A stretch of 63,931 bases of DNA, filler included, from Octopus bimaculoides (lineage: Eukaryota), in assembly GCF_001194135.2 (NCBI RefSeq). It is 7 parts of 7 records of this genome, joined end to end, with 100 filler letters (N's around TTAATTAATTAA, not from the genome) between each part and the next. Parts side by side here need not be neighbours in the genome. Positions count along the whole stretch, not along the records: positions 20,098 to 45,401 come from NC_068993.1; positions 45,502 to 57,249 come from NC_069000.1; 5 more parts are not named here. One strand, written 5' to 3'. The stretch's first letter is position 1, and every line of letters begins with the position of its first letter. A program made the position numbers and the translations under genes. The notes under the pieces were generated by a model that saw nothing but the letters and a program-made list of their open reading frames with translations, made no database searches and was not told the DNA's origin. Below, in pieces: positions 39,374 to 50,910 of this stretch.

Positions 39374-39374
<1 letters not shown>

Positions 39375-40000
39375 TCTGTCTTGACTGAATATGCCTTTAG
39401 TTTTTTTTAATAGAAAGTGGCATATTCCCTAATGAGCAAAAAAGATGTAAATGTGGGTCTTATGGTTGTAATGATCAGCTCCTCATCAATAAGATGATCT
39501 TAAAAGATTATAACAAACGACACAAAAAATTGTCGATAGCCGGGATAGACTATAAAAAAGCTTTTGAAAGTCTACCACATGGCTGAATTAAGAAATATTT
39601 GGAAATGTATAAAATAGCACGTATTCTGCGAAACTTCTCATCTGTAAGTATGAAATCATGGAGAACCACACTGACTTTGAACAGTGACAATGAATCTCTC
39701 AATACTGGAGATTTAAGAATTTCATGTGGTATTTTCCAGGGTGACTCTCTATTACCACTCCTCTTTTGTCTAGCTTTCATGCCTCTCTCGAAATTACTCG
39801 ATGATGTACAATACAGCTATAAAATGTTTGATAAAAATATAAATCGTCTCATTTACATGGATGATTTTAATGCTCTTTGCAAAAAACGACCAACAACTAC
39901 AGGGCTTATTAGCGATTGTTAAACAATTCAGTGATGACATCAGGATGCAATCTGGCCTTGATAAATGTGCAAAAGCTGCCTTTATCAAAGGAAAAATGAT
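39374..40000 (+). mobile_element. R4/Dong-like non-LTR reverse-transcriptase internal fragment (degraded)
   Basis: EQKRC...GCNDQLLINK...IDYKKAFESLPH...GIFQGDSLLPLLF...LIYMDD; directly preceded by (AAT)n. Confidence 0.85.
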
Positions 40001-40004
40001 ACAG

Positions 40005-40123
40005 AAAGGATGAAAGGTAAAGTTGACCTCATCGGAGTTTGAACTCAGAACGTAAAGACAGACGAAACACTGCTAAGCATTTCACCCGGCGTGCTAACGT
40101 TTCTGCCAGCTCGCTGCCTTTTA
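40005..40123 (-). mobile_element. SINE family A 5' half
   Basis: Head and B-box on the reverse complement. Confidence 0.75.
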
Positions 40124-40261
40124 CAATTATTATTGTTGTTGTTGTTGATTGTGGTTGCTGTTGTTGTTGTTCTTTTTCTTGTTGTTGTTATGCAGAAGAT
40201 ACGATTTCTGTACTAGTCTGAACAGAAATTGTATTAAACGAACAGCGGAAANNNNNNNNNN

Positions 40262-40313
<52 letters not shown>

Positions 40314-40775
40314 TAGATATAAATAAATAGATACATACATCATACATACAGGCACACACACATGTATGTACGTGTGTATGTATGTGGGTATGTATGTATG
40401 TCTGTATGTATGTATGTATGTATGTATGTATGTATGTATGAAACTAGAGCCCCAGTTTCACAGAAACATAAATTAATTAGAAAATACAAATATAACATAA
40501 TTAGAAGGAAATATAGATATAAGGTAATTAGAAGAAAACAATAAAATATAAATTCGTGAAATTTGCTTGTGAAAACGACTTTGCTACTAATTGTTTAGTT
40601 GCTTCGAAAGGTTCTCAAAAGGCTTAACTCTCTACTATATGAGGTGAGGTATTTTACGGAGACGATATGCGTTTAGTTATAGTAAACCTCACTTAACTTT
40701 ACGGGGGACGTGAGCAAACCAACACCGGTTGTCTTTTCAGTGTTCGCTGGTGGAAAGAAGCACAAGCAACACACA

Positions 40776-40813
<38 letters not shown>

Positions 40814-41575
40814 NNNNNNNNNNNNNNNNNNNNNNNNNNNNNNNNNNNNNNNNNNNNNNNNNNNNNNNNNNNNNNNNNNNNNNNNNNNNNNNNNNNNNNN
40901 NNNNNNNNNNNNNNNNNNNNNNNNNNNNNNNNNNNNNNNNNNNNNNNNNNNNNNNNNNNNNNNNNNNNNNNNNNNNNNNNNNNNNNNNNNNNNNNNNNNN
41001 NNNNNNNNNNNNNNNNNNNNNNNNNNNNNNNNNNNNNNNNNNNNNNNNNNNNNNNNNNNNNNNNNNNNNNNNNNNNNNNNNNNNNNNNNNNNNNNNNNNN
41101 NNNNNNNNNNNNNNNNNNNNNNNNNNNNNNNNNNNNNNNNNNNNNNNNNNNNNNNNNNNNNNNNNNNNNNNNNNNNNNNNNNNNNNNNNNNNNNNNNNNN
41201 NNNNNNNNNNNNNNNNNNNNNNNNNNNNNNNNNNNNNNNNNNNNNNNNNNNNNNNNNNNNNNNNNNNNNNNNNNNNNNNNNNNNNNNNNNNNNNNNNNNN
41301 NNNNNNNNNNNNNNNNNNNNNNNNNNNNNNNNNNNNNNNNNNNNNNNNNNNNNNNNNNNNNNNNNNNNNNNNNNNNNNNNNNNNNNNNNNNNNNNNNNNN
41401 NNNNNNNNNNNNNNNNNNNNNNNNNNNNNNNNNNNNNNNNNNNNNNNNNNNNNNNNNNNNNNNNNNNNNNNNNNNNNNNNNNNNNNNNNNNNNNNNNNNN
41501 NNNNNNNNNNNNNNNNNNNNNNNNNNNNNNNNNNNNNNNNNNNNNNNNNNNNNNNAAAAACCTACAGAATTGGTC

Positions 41576-42247
41576 CCTAGAGCAGTGGAAGACTTATTTT
41601 CTCGGTTGAGTCTTCCTTTACTTTATTTCCGATCACCGGCCGAGTATACGTGTGGAGACAGCCAAAAGAAGCATTTGATCCAGACTGACTTCTTCCAACT
41701 GTTAAACATGGACGAGGATCTTTGATGACATGAGGTGGGGCGGGGGGCTATATCTTGGAAATCCATCGGTTCAATGGTTTCTCTTCATGGCAGAATTAAT
41801 AGCCAAGACTATTTAAGCATTTTATCTGATCAAATTCATCCTATGGTTGCAGAACTGTTTCCCGAAGGAAACGCAATCTTTCTGGATGAAAATGTAGCAA
41901 TTCACACAGCTAAAGTTGTTACTGAATGGCACGAGTAATATTCTAATGAAGTTGAGCGTCTTATCTGGCCACCACAGTCCCCAGATCTCAATATTATTGA
42001 ACATTTATGATGCATTTTATAAAAACAAGTAAGGAGTCTATATCCTCCTCCATCATCACTACAAGAGCTGGAGACTGTTTTAGCCGAAGAATGTACAAAA
42101 ATTCCTTTGGGAACAATTCAAACTTTGCATGAGTCCATACCTTGTAAAATTGAAGCTGTAATTACTGCCAAAGACAGTCCTACCCCATATTAAAATTAAT
42201 TTGTTTGAAATTTTAAGGTGTTTCCATTATTTAGTGGAACCCCTGTA
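41576..42247 (+). mobile_element. Tc1 transposase pseudogene (DDE core to right terminus)
   Basis: GRVYVWR...TVKHG...GRINSQDYLSIL...GNAIFLDENVAIHTAK...WPPQSPDLNIIEH; ends ...aacccctgTA. Confidence 0.9.
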
Positions 42248-42249
42248 TA

Positions 42250-42420
42250 CGACCGGCTTTCACACAGCTTTTATCTATCAAATTCACTCACAAAGTATTG
42301 ACCGACCCGGCGGTATAGTAAAAAAAACCTCTTGCTAAAGGTGTTATGCAGTGGGACTTAACCCGAAACCAAGTGGTTGCAAAGAGAGTTTTTTTAACCA
42401 TACAACCGTTCCTGCACCTA
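42250..42420 (-). mobile_element. SINE family B 5' fragment
   Basis: caaattcactcacaaag...gtgggacttaacccgaaaccaagtggttgc. Confidence 0.7.
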
Positions 42421-42454
42421 TATATCAATTTATTTTATATTAAATAATAAATAT

Positions 42455-42882
42455 TCCTTCCTACAATAGGAACAAGACCTGAAACTTTGGACTAGGGGTA
42501 AGACGATTAAATCAACTCCAGAGTACAAACTAGTACTTATTTTGTCGACCCCCCGATAAAATGAAAAACCAAGTCGATCGCGGTAAAATTTGAACTCAGA
42601 ACGTATATACGGACGAAATGCTGCTGAGCATTTTGCCCGGTGTGCTAACGATTCTGCTAGCTGGCCGCCTTAATAATAATCTTTTCTACTATTGACGCAA
42701 GGGAAGGAGGTAGTCGATTATTTCGATCTCCAGTACTCAACTGGTACTTAATTTATCGACCTCGAGAGGATGAAAGGCAAAGCCAGCCTCGGCGGAATTT
42801 GAACTGAGAACGCAGCGACGGCCGAAATACGGCTAAACATTTCGCCCGGCGTGGTAACGATTTTCCTAGCTCGCGGCCTTAA
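42455..42882 (-). mobile_element. Two SINE family A copies in tandem
   Basis: Copies at about 42455-42672 and 42678-42880, separated by taataataat. Confidence 0.8.
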
Positions 42883-45164
42883 TAATAAAGTGATAAAATA
42901 TTAAAATTAGTTAACAATTTGGACTTTGGTAGATTATCTGCCCTTCGTTGCATGATATACATGATATCATAAGGTCTATATGACAATTAGGTCCCGTAAA
43001 TACATGTATGTTATACATGCTAGCGTCTTATACACAGCAGCATATCATGAATGGTAGAGTATTATACATGGTAGCGTATTATATGCACATAGCAGTGTAT
43101 TATGTTTGGAGTTTTATGGTATTTGTTAAACTTATACAAACTGAGAATTGCAGGCCTGAAATTTTTTGTGTAAATGTTTAACTATTTGGAAGTTGTTGTG
43201 TAGACATATTTGCTAGTATTGGATCTGTTTGATGCTTGATCAATCACCGAATCAGTTCTCTAGCCAAGTGTTTTATTGGTAATAGATGAAATGAATACTA
43301 CATTAGTTCCAATTTACTGTGTTGACTATTGGAAAAAATATTAATGGTATAGCAAGTTATGTTTGATTATGTGGAGGATGAGTACATTAAAAAAAAATAT
43401 GTTACGAGAATTAAAAACTTTGTAAGCTGCAGGTGAAAACATGAAAGCGGTAGCAAAAAATATGTGTGTTACTGTCATCAATTAGAGAAAAAAATACCAG
43501 AGTTTAAACAAATTGCTTTGTACAATAATTATTTAAAAAAAAAGCATTCTGAAATAAATTCACACTTCACATTTAGTCATGAAACACAAGCAGCCAATGA
43601 AGAAGTTTTTACCTGACTCTCAGCCTTGCTAAGTATAGCAGCTAAATTCTCTTAATATGACATCCTACCACCTTAAAAACAAAAAGGATGCAGCGGATTG
43701 TGGTACACAAGACTTGTGCAAGGTCCGTCTAATGTATTTTAGTTTATTTTATTTACTACTGTAAGTGGTCACAGGTTTCTAACGGGTTATTTCCTACTAC
43801 ACTGCATTTCAGCCGACGAGATTGGTTAAAAGGTATATCTAATTTTGTGCAGAAGCTTTTCCTCTTGCAAATAAATTGCGTTTGAAGAGCACCGATTTTG
43901 CATTTGGGTCTACATTACACATGTGGGCAACTTGTTTTGAGAAGCTGGCCGCATGAAATATGGCTCCTCGTCGGGCGGCCTGCACATCGAAAGAAATTCA
44001 AGGTAATTTCTTTTCAGCTGTGCCATTCAGAAAGTCACCTGGGCTGCAGTTTGCCTATGACTGGTCTACATCATCCACCGATATACATAAGTATTTTAAG
44101 ATGCATCCAAACAGAAGTTATATTGTGTCTATCCCGAACGAAAGACAATAAATCCTGTCATAAGATGATATAAAGGACAAAAATCACTTATTGTTTCTCC
44201 ATCAGGACTTAAGTGTAAAATTATTAAGGGAAAGGACAATTGTGGTGTGATTTAGGTGTATTTAGTGTTGAATTGGATCGAGGAATAATAATAGATGAGT
44301 CAATTAGCAAAGGTGGTGTCCAAAATGTTATCTTGCAATGATGTGAAGTTCTACATGAAAGTATTGTCAATTAACAAAGAGAGTAAAACTGTTTATTTCA
44401 TGTTTCTCTGTTTTATTCTCTAGTGATGCGAATTTTCAGAACTTAAAGAATAATTTCCCGAAGTGGTAACATTTGGTGAGCAGCTCAGATTTTGTAGATA
44501 ATTCACGGAATTATTTTTGCATTTTTTGTCTGAGTTTTTATTACCCATGCATAATTTACAATTTTTTTGTATCATTTATATGAGGTCTGCTTTTCTCAAG
44601 GACTTTCATTTTAATATCACAATTAATGTTCGTTATTTTACGTGTTAGCAGTTTGACATGTTTGTTGTATTCTTATTAGCATATCAGAAAACAATGATTA
44701 ACTAAAGTAGTGTGTTCGAATTTATCCTTCACCATTTCTACCTAGTTCTTATATGCTATCGGTAAGACGCACAGAGACTTACACACGTATATACTCATAT
44801 GCACATCAGTGTAGAATCGAAAATCGGTGTATCGAAGAAGAAAATAATAGAATTTTGATTCATATTATCTCTTTACGCAAAGGACGAATTTACCTGTATC
44901 AACTTAGAGTGCTGACAAACTAATCACTAGGAAAAGTACTAGGCTTAATGAATTTAACTCTAAGCCCCCTGATTGCCAAGCCCCAGCATGGTCGCAATCA
45001 AACGACTGAAACCAGCGAAATAATATAGAATGTATTCGCGCGGTTATGGCTGTGTAGTTGAGAAATTAATTTCTTTACCTCATGATTTCGGGTTTAGCTC
45101 AAAAGTGCAGCAGCTAGTCTTCTACTCTAGACACAGGCCGACAAATGTCTTGTTAGTGAATGTG

Positions 45165-45401
45165 ATAGATGGAAAATGCATGGAGACTTGACTGCCGCAC
45201 TTGCCCTTACCTCTCCAACACCACCCTCCTCACCAGCACCCATCACCGACCCTATCACATCACCGACTCCTTCACCTGCACTTCTTCCAACCTCATCTAT
45301 TGCCTCTCCTGCTCTCTGCCATTCTCGGTACATCGGACAAACGGGGCGCCGCCTGGCCGACCGATTCGCGGAACACCTCCGAGACATCAACGTTGGTAAT
45401 G
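45165..45401 (+). mobile_element. Penelope-like element GIY-YIG endonuclease fragment (Neptune-like Cys linker), frameshifted, cut by a gap
   Basis: CRTCPYL...HITDSFTCTSSNLIYCLSCSL / CHSRYIGQTGRRLADRFAEHLRDI. Confidence 0.85.
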
Positions 45402-45503
45402 NNNNNNNNNNNNNNNNNNNNNNNNNNNNNNNNNNNNNNNNNNNNTTAATTAATTAANNNNNNNNNNNNNNNNNNNNNNNNNNNNNNNNNNNNNNNNNNN
45501 NTT

Positions 45504-45723
45504 TAAGGCGACGAGCTGGCAGAACCGTTAGCATGCCGGGCGAAATGCTTAGCGGTATTTCGTCTGTCGCTACGTTCTGAGTTCAAATTCCGCCGAGGTC
45601 GACTTTGCTTTTCATCCTTTCGGAGTTGATTAAATAAGTACCAGTTACGCACTGGGGTGGATGTAATCGACTTAATCCCCTCCCCCAAATTTCAGGCCTT
45701 GTGCCTACAGTAGAAAGGATTAT
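45504..45723 (+). mobile_element. SINE family A, young-looking full copy
   Basis: Close to the family consensus seen across copies. Confidence 0.9.
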
Positions 45724-46862
45724 GAAACACGCAGCTTATTTTGCTGGGTATGATGGAAAGTGTCAGCTGTCCACAACCAGCAGACTAAGATGACACTTGT
45801 TTACTGGTCATACTTCAAGAACTCTGCGAAGAATTCTTGCAGTTCCAAGCAATGATGATTTTTGTAGGTGTTCTACCTTCACACTTGCACCAATCTTTTT
45901 CAGCCATATTGGTAGTTGAATGCTGATATTTCCAAGGGCACCAATTACTATCACGTCTACTCTCCTCATCGACCACAACCTTCGTATTTCCCACTTCAAA
46001 TCGTCATAGTTGTTTATTTTTTCTTCTTCTTTCACATTGATCCTGTTGTCACCGGGGCATGCTATGTCGATTATCATACATGTTGTTTCTTTTTTATTCA
46101 CCACAATAATGTCCGCTTTCAGATGTCTGGTCGGGTGATCGCACTGGATCATTGCATCCTACAGGATTTTGCAATTCTCGTTTTCGGTGACTCATTCTGG
46201 AGTTTTCTCATACCACATCTTTGATTTTGTAGGCCATGATTTCCACAGAACTACCAATGGATCATTCTTGCTACATTGTCATGGCGTCTTTTGTATTCAC
46301 GTTGTACCAATTTCGGGATTTCGCTAACGATGTGCCATACCATTTCACCCCTCTCACCATACATTCTGCATTTATCGCTATCGGCAATGTTGTCTATTCT
46401 GCACTTCATATAGCTGGTCCTTAACCCTTGCTCCTGGGCTGCGTATATGAATGCCTCTGTCTCTATGTCTCTATCTTCAGGTCACTCCTAATCATCCATA
46501 GCCACGGGTCCTCTGTATCTGTCTTCGCGTATAGATCTCTTGCAAACTGACCGTACATTTTCTTTACCTTCCATACTTTTCTTTCTTTCTTTCTTTCTTT
46601 TTGGTTCATTCCTTGTTTAAATTTTTCTTTCGTTACACAATTCTAAGTTTTGATGACGCCAGCCTTCTTCCTGCGTTTCAACATTTTTTATATACCACCC
46701 TAGGCTATTTTCCTCTGTTCGATACAGTCCTGGCAACTGATCAAACTTCTCCTACCCTTTCTGCTAAACAAATACAGCCTCTCAGTGTCACTCTTGCGCA
46801 GGCCATTGGGTCATTTTATAAGTAATGGGCGCTCAACTCTCCTCACCACCCCGGCATTGACA
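45724..46862 (-). mobile_element. R4/Dong-like LINE 3' fragment 1 (late RT region, CCHC, restriction-like endonuclease, 3' UTR)
   Basis: KADIIVVNKKETTCMIIDIACPGD...EKINNY...VIGALG...GTARILRRVL*; upstream KSDTERLYL. Confidence 0.85.
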
Positions 46863-46904
46863 GAAAAGAAAAAAATTATTATTATTATTGTTGTTGTTAT
46901 TTAC

Positions 46905-47984
46905 TATTAATCTGCATGTTTGTTACAGTCACTTGCCGAGACACATCCAACGTCCTGGTGCGAGTGAAGGATAAGAGATGTTACAGTATGACTGAAAGCT
47001 TGGGGAGGGGAAGTAGCGAAAGATCTTCATGTAATACAACGCAAACATTTAAATGGATAGGGTTTTTCTAAGTATGTGGACAGTACTTGTCAGTACAATG
47101 TTTTGGATTTCTCTGAGACATGGTTCTCCTTGGATCTTATCTAGATGTTTCTTACATCCCTTTTTTATCATACCTAGAGCACTTACAATAACAGGAACAC
47201 TTCTCGTTTTAAGATGCCACATCTTTTGTATTTCAATTTCCAGATACTTATATTTACTTAGTTTGTGAAATTCCTTGACAGGTATATTCTTATCAGTAGG
47301 AACACTTACATCTATTAGTCTAGAAGTGATTTCTTCCCTGTCTTTAATAATTCTGTCCGGTCGATTATCCTGGATCGTTCCGTCTGTGCTGCATGGAAAA
47401 TCCCAGAGGATAATGACATCAAGATGATGTTCTTACCAGTAAGCAGGAGTGTTGATTTTGTAGTATTTACATATTTTCCAGTGTAAACACTGTCCTACGC
47501 TATCGGGGCGATTTTGGTATTCGTTTGGTGTCAGCACAGGACATCCCGAGACGAGATGGTCTATCGTTTCGTCAAATGTGTTGCAGAATCTGCATTTAGG
47601 ATCAGAACCGTTTTGAAGAACGTTAGCCTGGTAGGTTTTTTTGTCTTTTTTTCTTTTTGCTTTTTTCTTTTTTTTTTTTGTAAGTAAGCTTTGATCTTGT
47701 GCCGCCAATATGAAACCTTCAGTCTCTGCTTTCAGTTCTGAACTTCTCAGACACTGATGAGTTGCTGCTTGGTCTGCATCAGCATTTCGACTTCGAAGTA
47801 TATACTGTTCATGCAGAGGCTTCTGGCTCCACCGCTCCTCAATTTGTTTCTGCCCGTTCTTTTTTGCGGTTTGCTTGATCCATTTTGCATGTTTTGCAGT
47901 AGTGGTTTCAGGTTCTTCAAATATTTCAGGATTAATGCAAGTTCTCTAGCGAATTTGCAAGTTTCTTTGACAATAGAATGTGAT
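46905..47984 (-). mobile_element. R4/Dong-like LINE 3' fragment 2
   Basis: AAQDQSL...CRFCNTFDETIDHLVSGC...HWKIC; NRPD...IDVSVP; SKYKYLEIEIQKMW...TVHILRK; carries an A-rich expansion at 47637-47682. Confidence 0.85.
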
Positions 47985-48017
47985 TATTATTATTATTTAT
48001 TATTATTATTATTATTA

Positions 48018-49422
48018 TGTCTGACTTTTGCATTCTATTTGTACAAGTTGACTCCCAGAGACCTTAAGAGACAACAAATTAGAAGTTCAAGTTGGTATTA
48101 TGACTAGGGTGCCATATATTTGGTTTCGCACAAAGTTTTGTTCTAGGGAATGTCTAAGAAGACATAGGAAAATATAAGCTTGTTTTAAAATTTGAGATTG
48201 CATAGAAAGTATTTTACGGAGGATATGGGCAGTTCCCATGAGCACTATTTTTAAATTTCTTCTATTTTGGGATTTCCTGGTATCCAAGCCCCTTTTCCTA
48301 TCATTCCCAAGGCACTTATGACAACAGGTATTGTTTAGTCTATTTCCAGGTCTTTATACTTGCTCAGTTTTTGGTAGGTCTTGACAGATACATTTATGTC
48401 GATTGGGTCAGTCATATCAATGAGGAGGCATGATTTTTGTCTGAAGTCTTTCAATATAATGTCTGGCCTATTCGCATCTATCTTTCTGTCAGTTTGAATG
48501 GTGAAGTTCCAAAAGAGTGAGATGTGATCCTTTTCAAGCACTGGAGGTGGTTTGTGTTCCTACCAGTTTTTATAATGGGGCAGGTCCAGGTTTTTGCAAA
48601 TTACCCAGTGAATATACTGTGCTGCTCTATCATGCCCGTTGAGATACTCTGTAGGTACAAGAAGACTGTACATGGAGACAGCATGATCGATGGTTTCATT
48701 TTGTTGTTGACATACACAACATGTTGGGCTACTGTTGTCCTTTAATATGTTGTCCTGGTAGTTTCTTGTAGGTAGACATTGATCTTGGGCTGTTATGATA
48801 AACCTTTCTGTCTCTGATTTTAAGCCAGAAGCCACTAACCATTGATGGGTAAGGGCTTTGTCAACATCGGCACTATTAGCTCTCTTTGGGTATTTGCCAT
48901 TGAGAGGTTTCTCTTGCCATTTATCAGTAAGAATATCTAAGGCAGCAGTTTTAGCACAGGTTTTCATTCGCTTAGCTTTTCCTGTGCTTGTTTCTAGTAT
49001 GTCTAATTCTGGAATTTGTTGTATTTTGAATTCACTAAGATATTCCTTTGCCTGTTTTGTTACTGAGTATGATGCTTTCTTGTTTTCATGTTTTGAGACA
49101 AGTTTTAACATCCAGTCATCAGAATTTTTCAGGTAGGCGTCTCGGCCAATTGTGGCAATCTTCATTGTTAATTCCAGTTGTAAAAGTTCACGGCCTTCCT
49201 CTTTTCTTGGCAGGTAAAGTCATTCTATATCTGCCTTAGGGTGGTGTATTCTATGCATTGTCAACAATTTTTGTATTTTTCTGTCAAGATTACATCTTTC
49301 AGTAATTGACCAGTTAATGATATTGAAACTGTAAGTCACGACTGGTATGGCTAAAGTATTAATCGCTTCGATCCTGTTTCTTGCATTCAGCTTTGTCTTG
49401 AGTATTGCCCTTACCCTGCGAT
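48018..49422 (-). mobile_element. R4/Dong-like LINE 3' fragment 3, bounded by (TAA)n on both sides
   Basis: AINTLAIPVVTYSF...HPKADIE; LKSETERFIITAQDQCL...CCVCQQQNETIDH; NRPDIILKD...IDMTDP...KLSKYKDLEI; GTAHILRKIL. Confidence 0.88.
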
Positions 49423-49837
49423 AATGATTGTTGTTGTTGTTGTTATTATTATTATTATTATTATTGTTATTATTATTATTATTATTATTAAGGCGACGAG
49501 CAGGCAAAATCGGACGAAATGCTTAACGATAAGATGCAATTGAAGAGCAGATTAATAACTTTGTCAGTTTGAAGAAGATTCTATCCTTTCTCAAAACATC
49601 TGAGATTGAAGAGAAGTAATCTTCGGGCTCGAGATCTGGCACCAATGTTTTTAACAAATTCGAGACAAACTAGTTATAGTCTACTTATGATCTTAAACCA
49701 GGCGACTAAATCTACTACTCACGCTTTTGCACAGTTTCCGTCTATGAAATTCTACTCACAAAGCTTCTGTTAACTCAAATAGTTGGAGACTATTGAAATA
49801 GGATTGAAATTGAAACCAGTGGGACTGAAATTGATAC

Positions 49838-49952
49838 CACTTAGTTGCGAAGCAAATTTCTTAAACACTTAGTTGCGAAGCAAATTTCTTAAACACTTAG
49901 TTGCGAAGCAAATTTCTTAAACACTTAGTTGCGAAGCAAATTTCTTAAACAC
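49838..49952. repeat. Four perfect 28-bp tandem repeats (cacttagttgcgaagcaaatttcttaaa) inside a SINE B head
   Basis: Units start at 49838, 49866, 49894 and 49922; no spacers. Confidence 0.95.
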
Positions 49953-50359
49953 GTAGCCAAACGTGCAAAATATGAATAGATGAAAATCGTACGAAGTTGG
50001 AATTTTCGGAGAAACAGAGACCTTTGCGGTAGCGGTGTAAGAAACAAAGTGTCTATGTTTGAGTTGTATTGTTGAATGTAGATTGTTGTTTAGCCACAGT
50101 TCAGTCCGCGATGGACATACTTGTGACCAAACGTGATTCCCACCGTGACAATCATCCACTTTTTTTCTTTTTACTTTCATAGCCTACACTTAAATTATCA
50201 AGCATGTTCCAGACCCGTTTTTTTTTCTCTTTTGCTTGGTTTTGCTTTGTCTTTTATTAGCAATTCAGATATAGTGTTTCTAAGACTACATTATCCTAAA
50301 GGCTCCCTCGTTAATCTGGCCATCTTTAGTGGGAGGGGCAGAATCCAGATTGTATTTTT

Positions 50360-50694
50360 TATCTTTTTTTACTTGTTTCAGTCATTAGACTGCGGTCATG
50401 CTGGAGAATCGCCTTGAAGAATTTTTAGTCGAATGTATCGACCCCAATGCATACTTTTTTTAAAATCTGGTACTTATTCTATTGGCTTCTTTTGCAGAAC
50501 TGCAAAATTACTGGGACGTAAACACACCANNNNNNNNNNNNNNNNNNNNNNNNNNNNNNNNNNNNNNNNNNNNNNNNNNNNNNNNNNNNNNNNNNNNNNN
50601 NNNNNNNNNNNNNNNNNNNNNNNNNNNNNNNNNNNNNNNNNNNNNNNNNNNNNNNNNNNNNNNNNNNNACACACACACACACACACACAAACAT

Positions 50695-50740
<46 letters not shown>

Positions 50741-50910
50741 ACATATATATATATATATATACGACGGGCTTCTTTCAGTCAGTTTCCGTCTACTAAATCC
50801 ACCTCCAAGGCTTTGGTCGACCCGAGGCTATAGTAGAAGACATTTGCCCAAGGTGCCAGCCCCGCAGTGGGACTGAACCGCAAACTATGTGGCTGGGAAG
50901 CAAGCTTCTT
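50360..50910 (-). mobile_element. SINE family B body; the first 31 bp of its head are displaced to 52572-52602 by an insertion
   Basis: Head resumes aagaagcttgcttcccagccacatag at 50910 going leftwards. Confidence 0.85.

Noticed and set aside
12662-41609. Long ORFs of 150-413 aa full of X in the track
   Set aside because: They are open only because they cross N gaps and microsatellites.
43800-44770. Possible small exons (AG...GT pairs; ORF MAPRRAACT...)
   Set aside because: No recognisable domain, and the candidate exon at about 44680-44761 has stops in all frames.
49838-49952. CRISPR-like array (also considered for the SINE pile at 28718-29880)
   Set aside because: No unique spacers, no cas genes, eukaryotic context.
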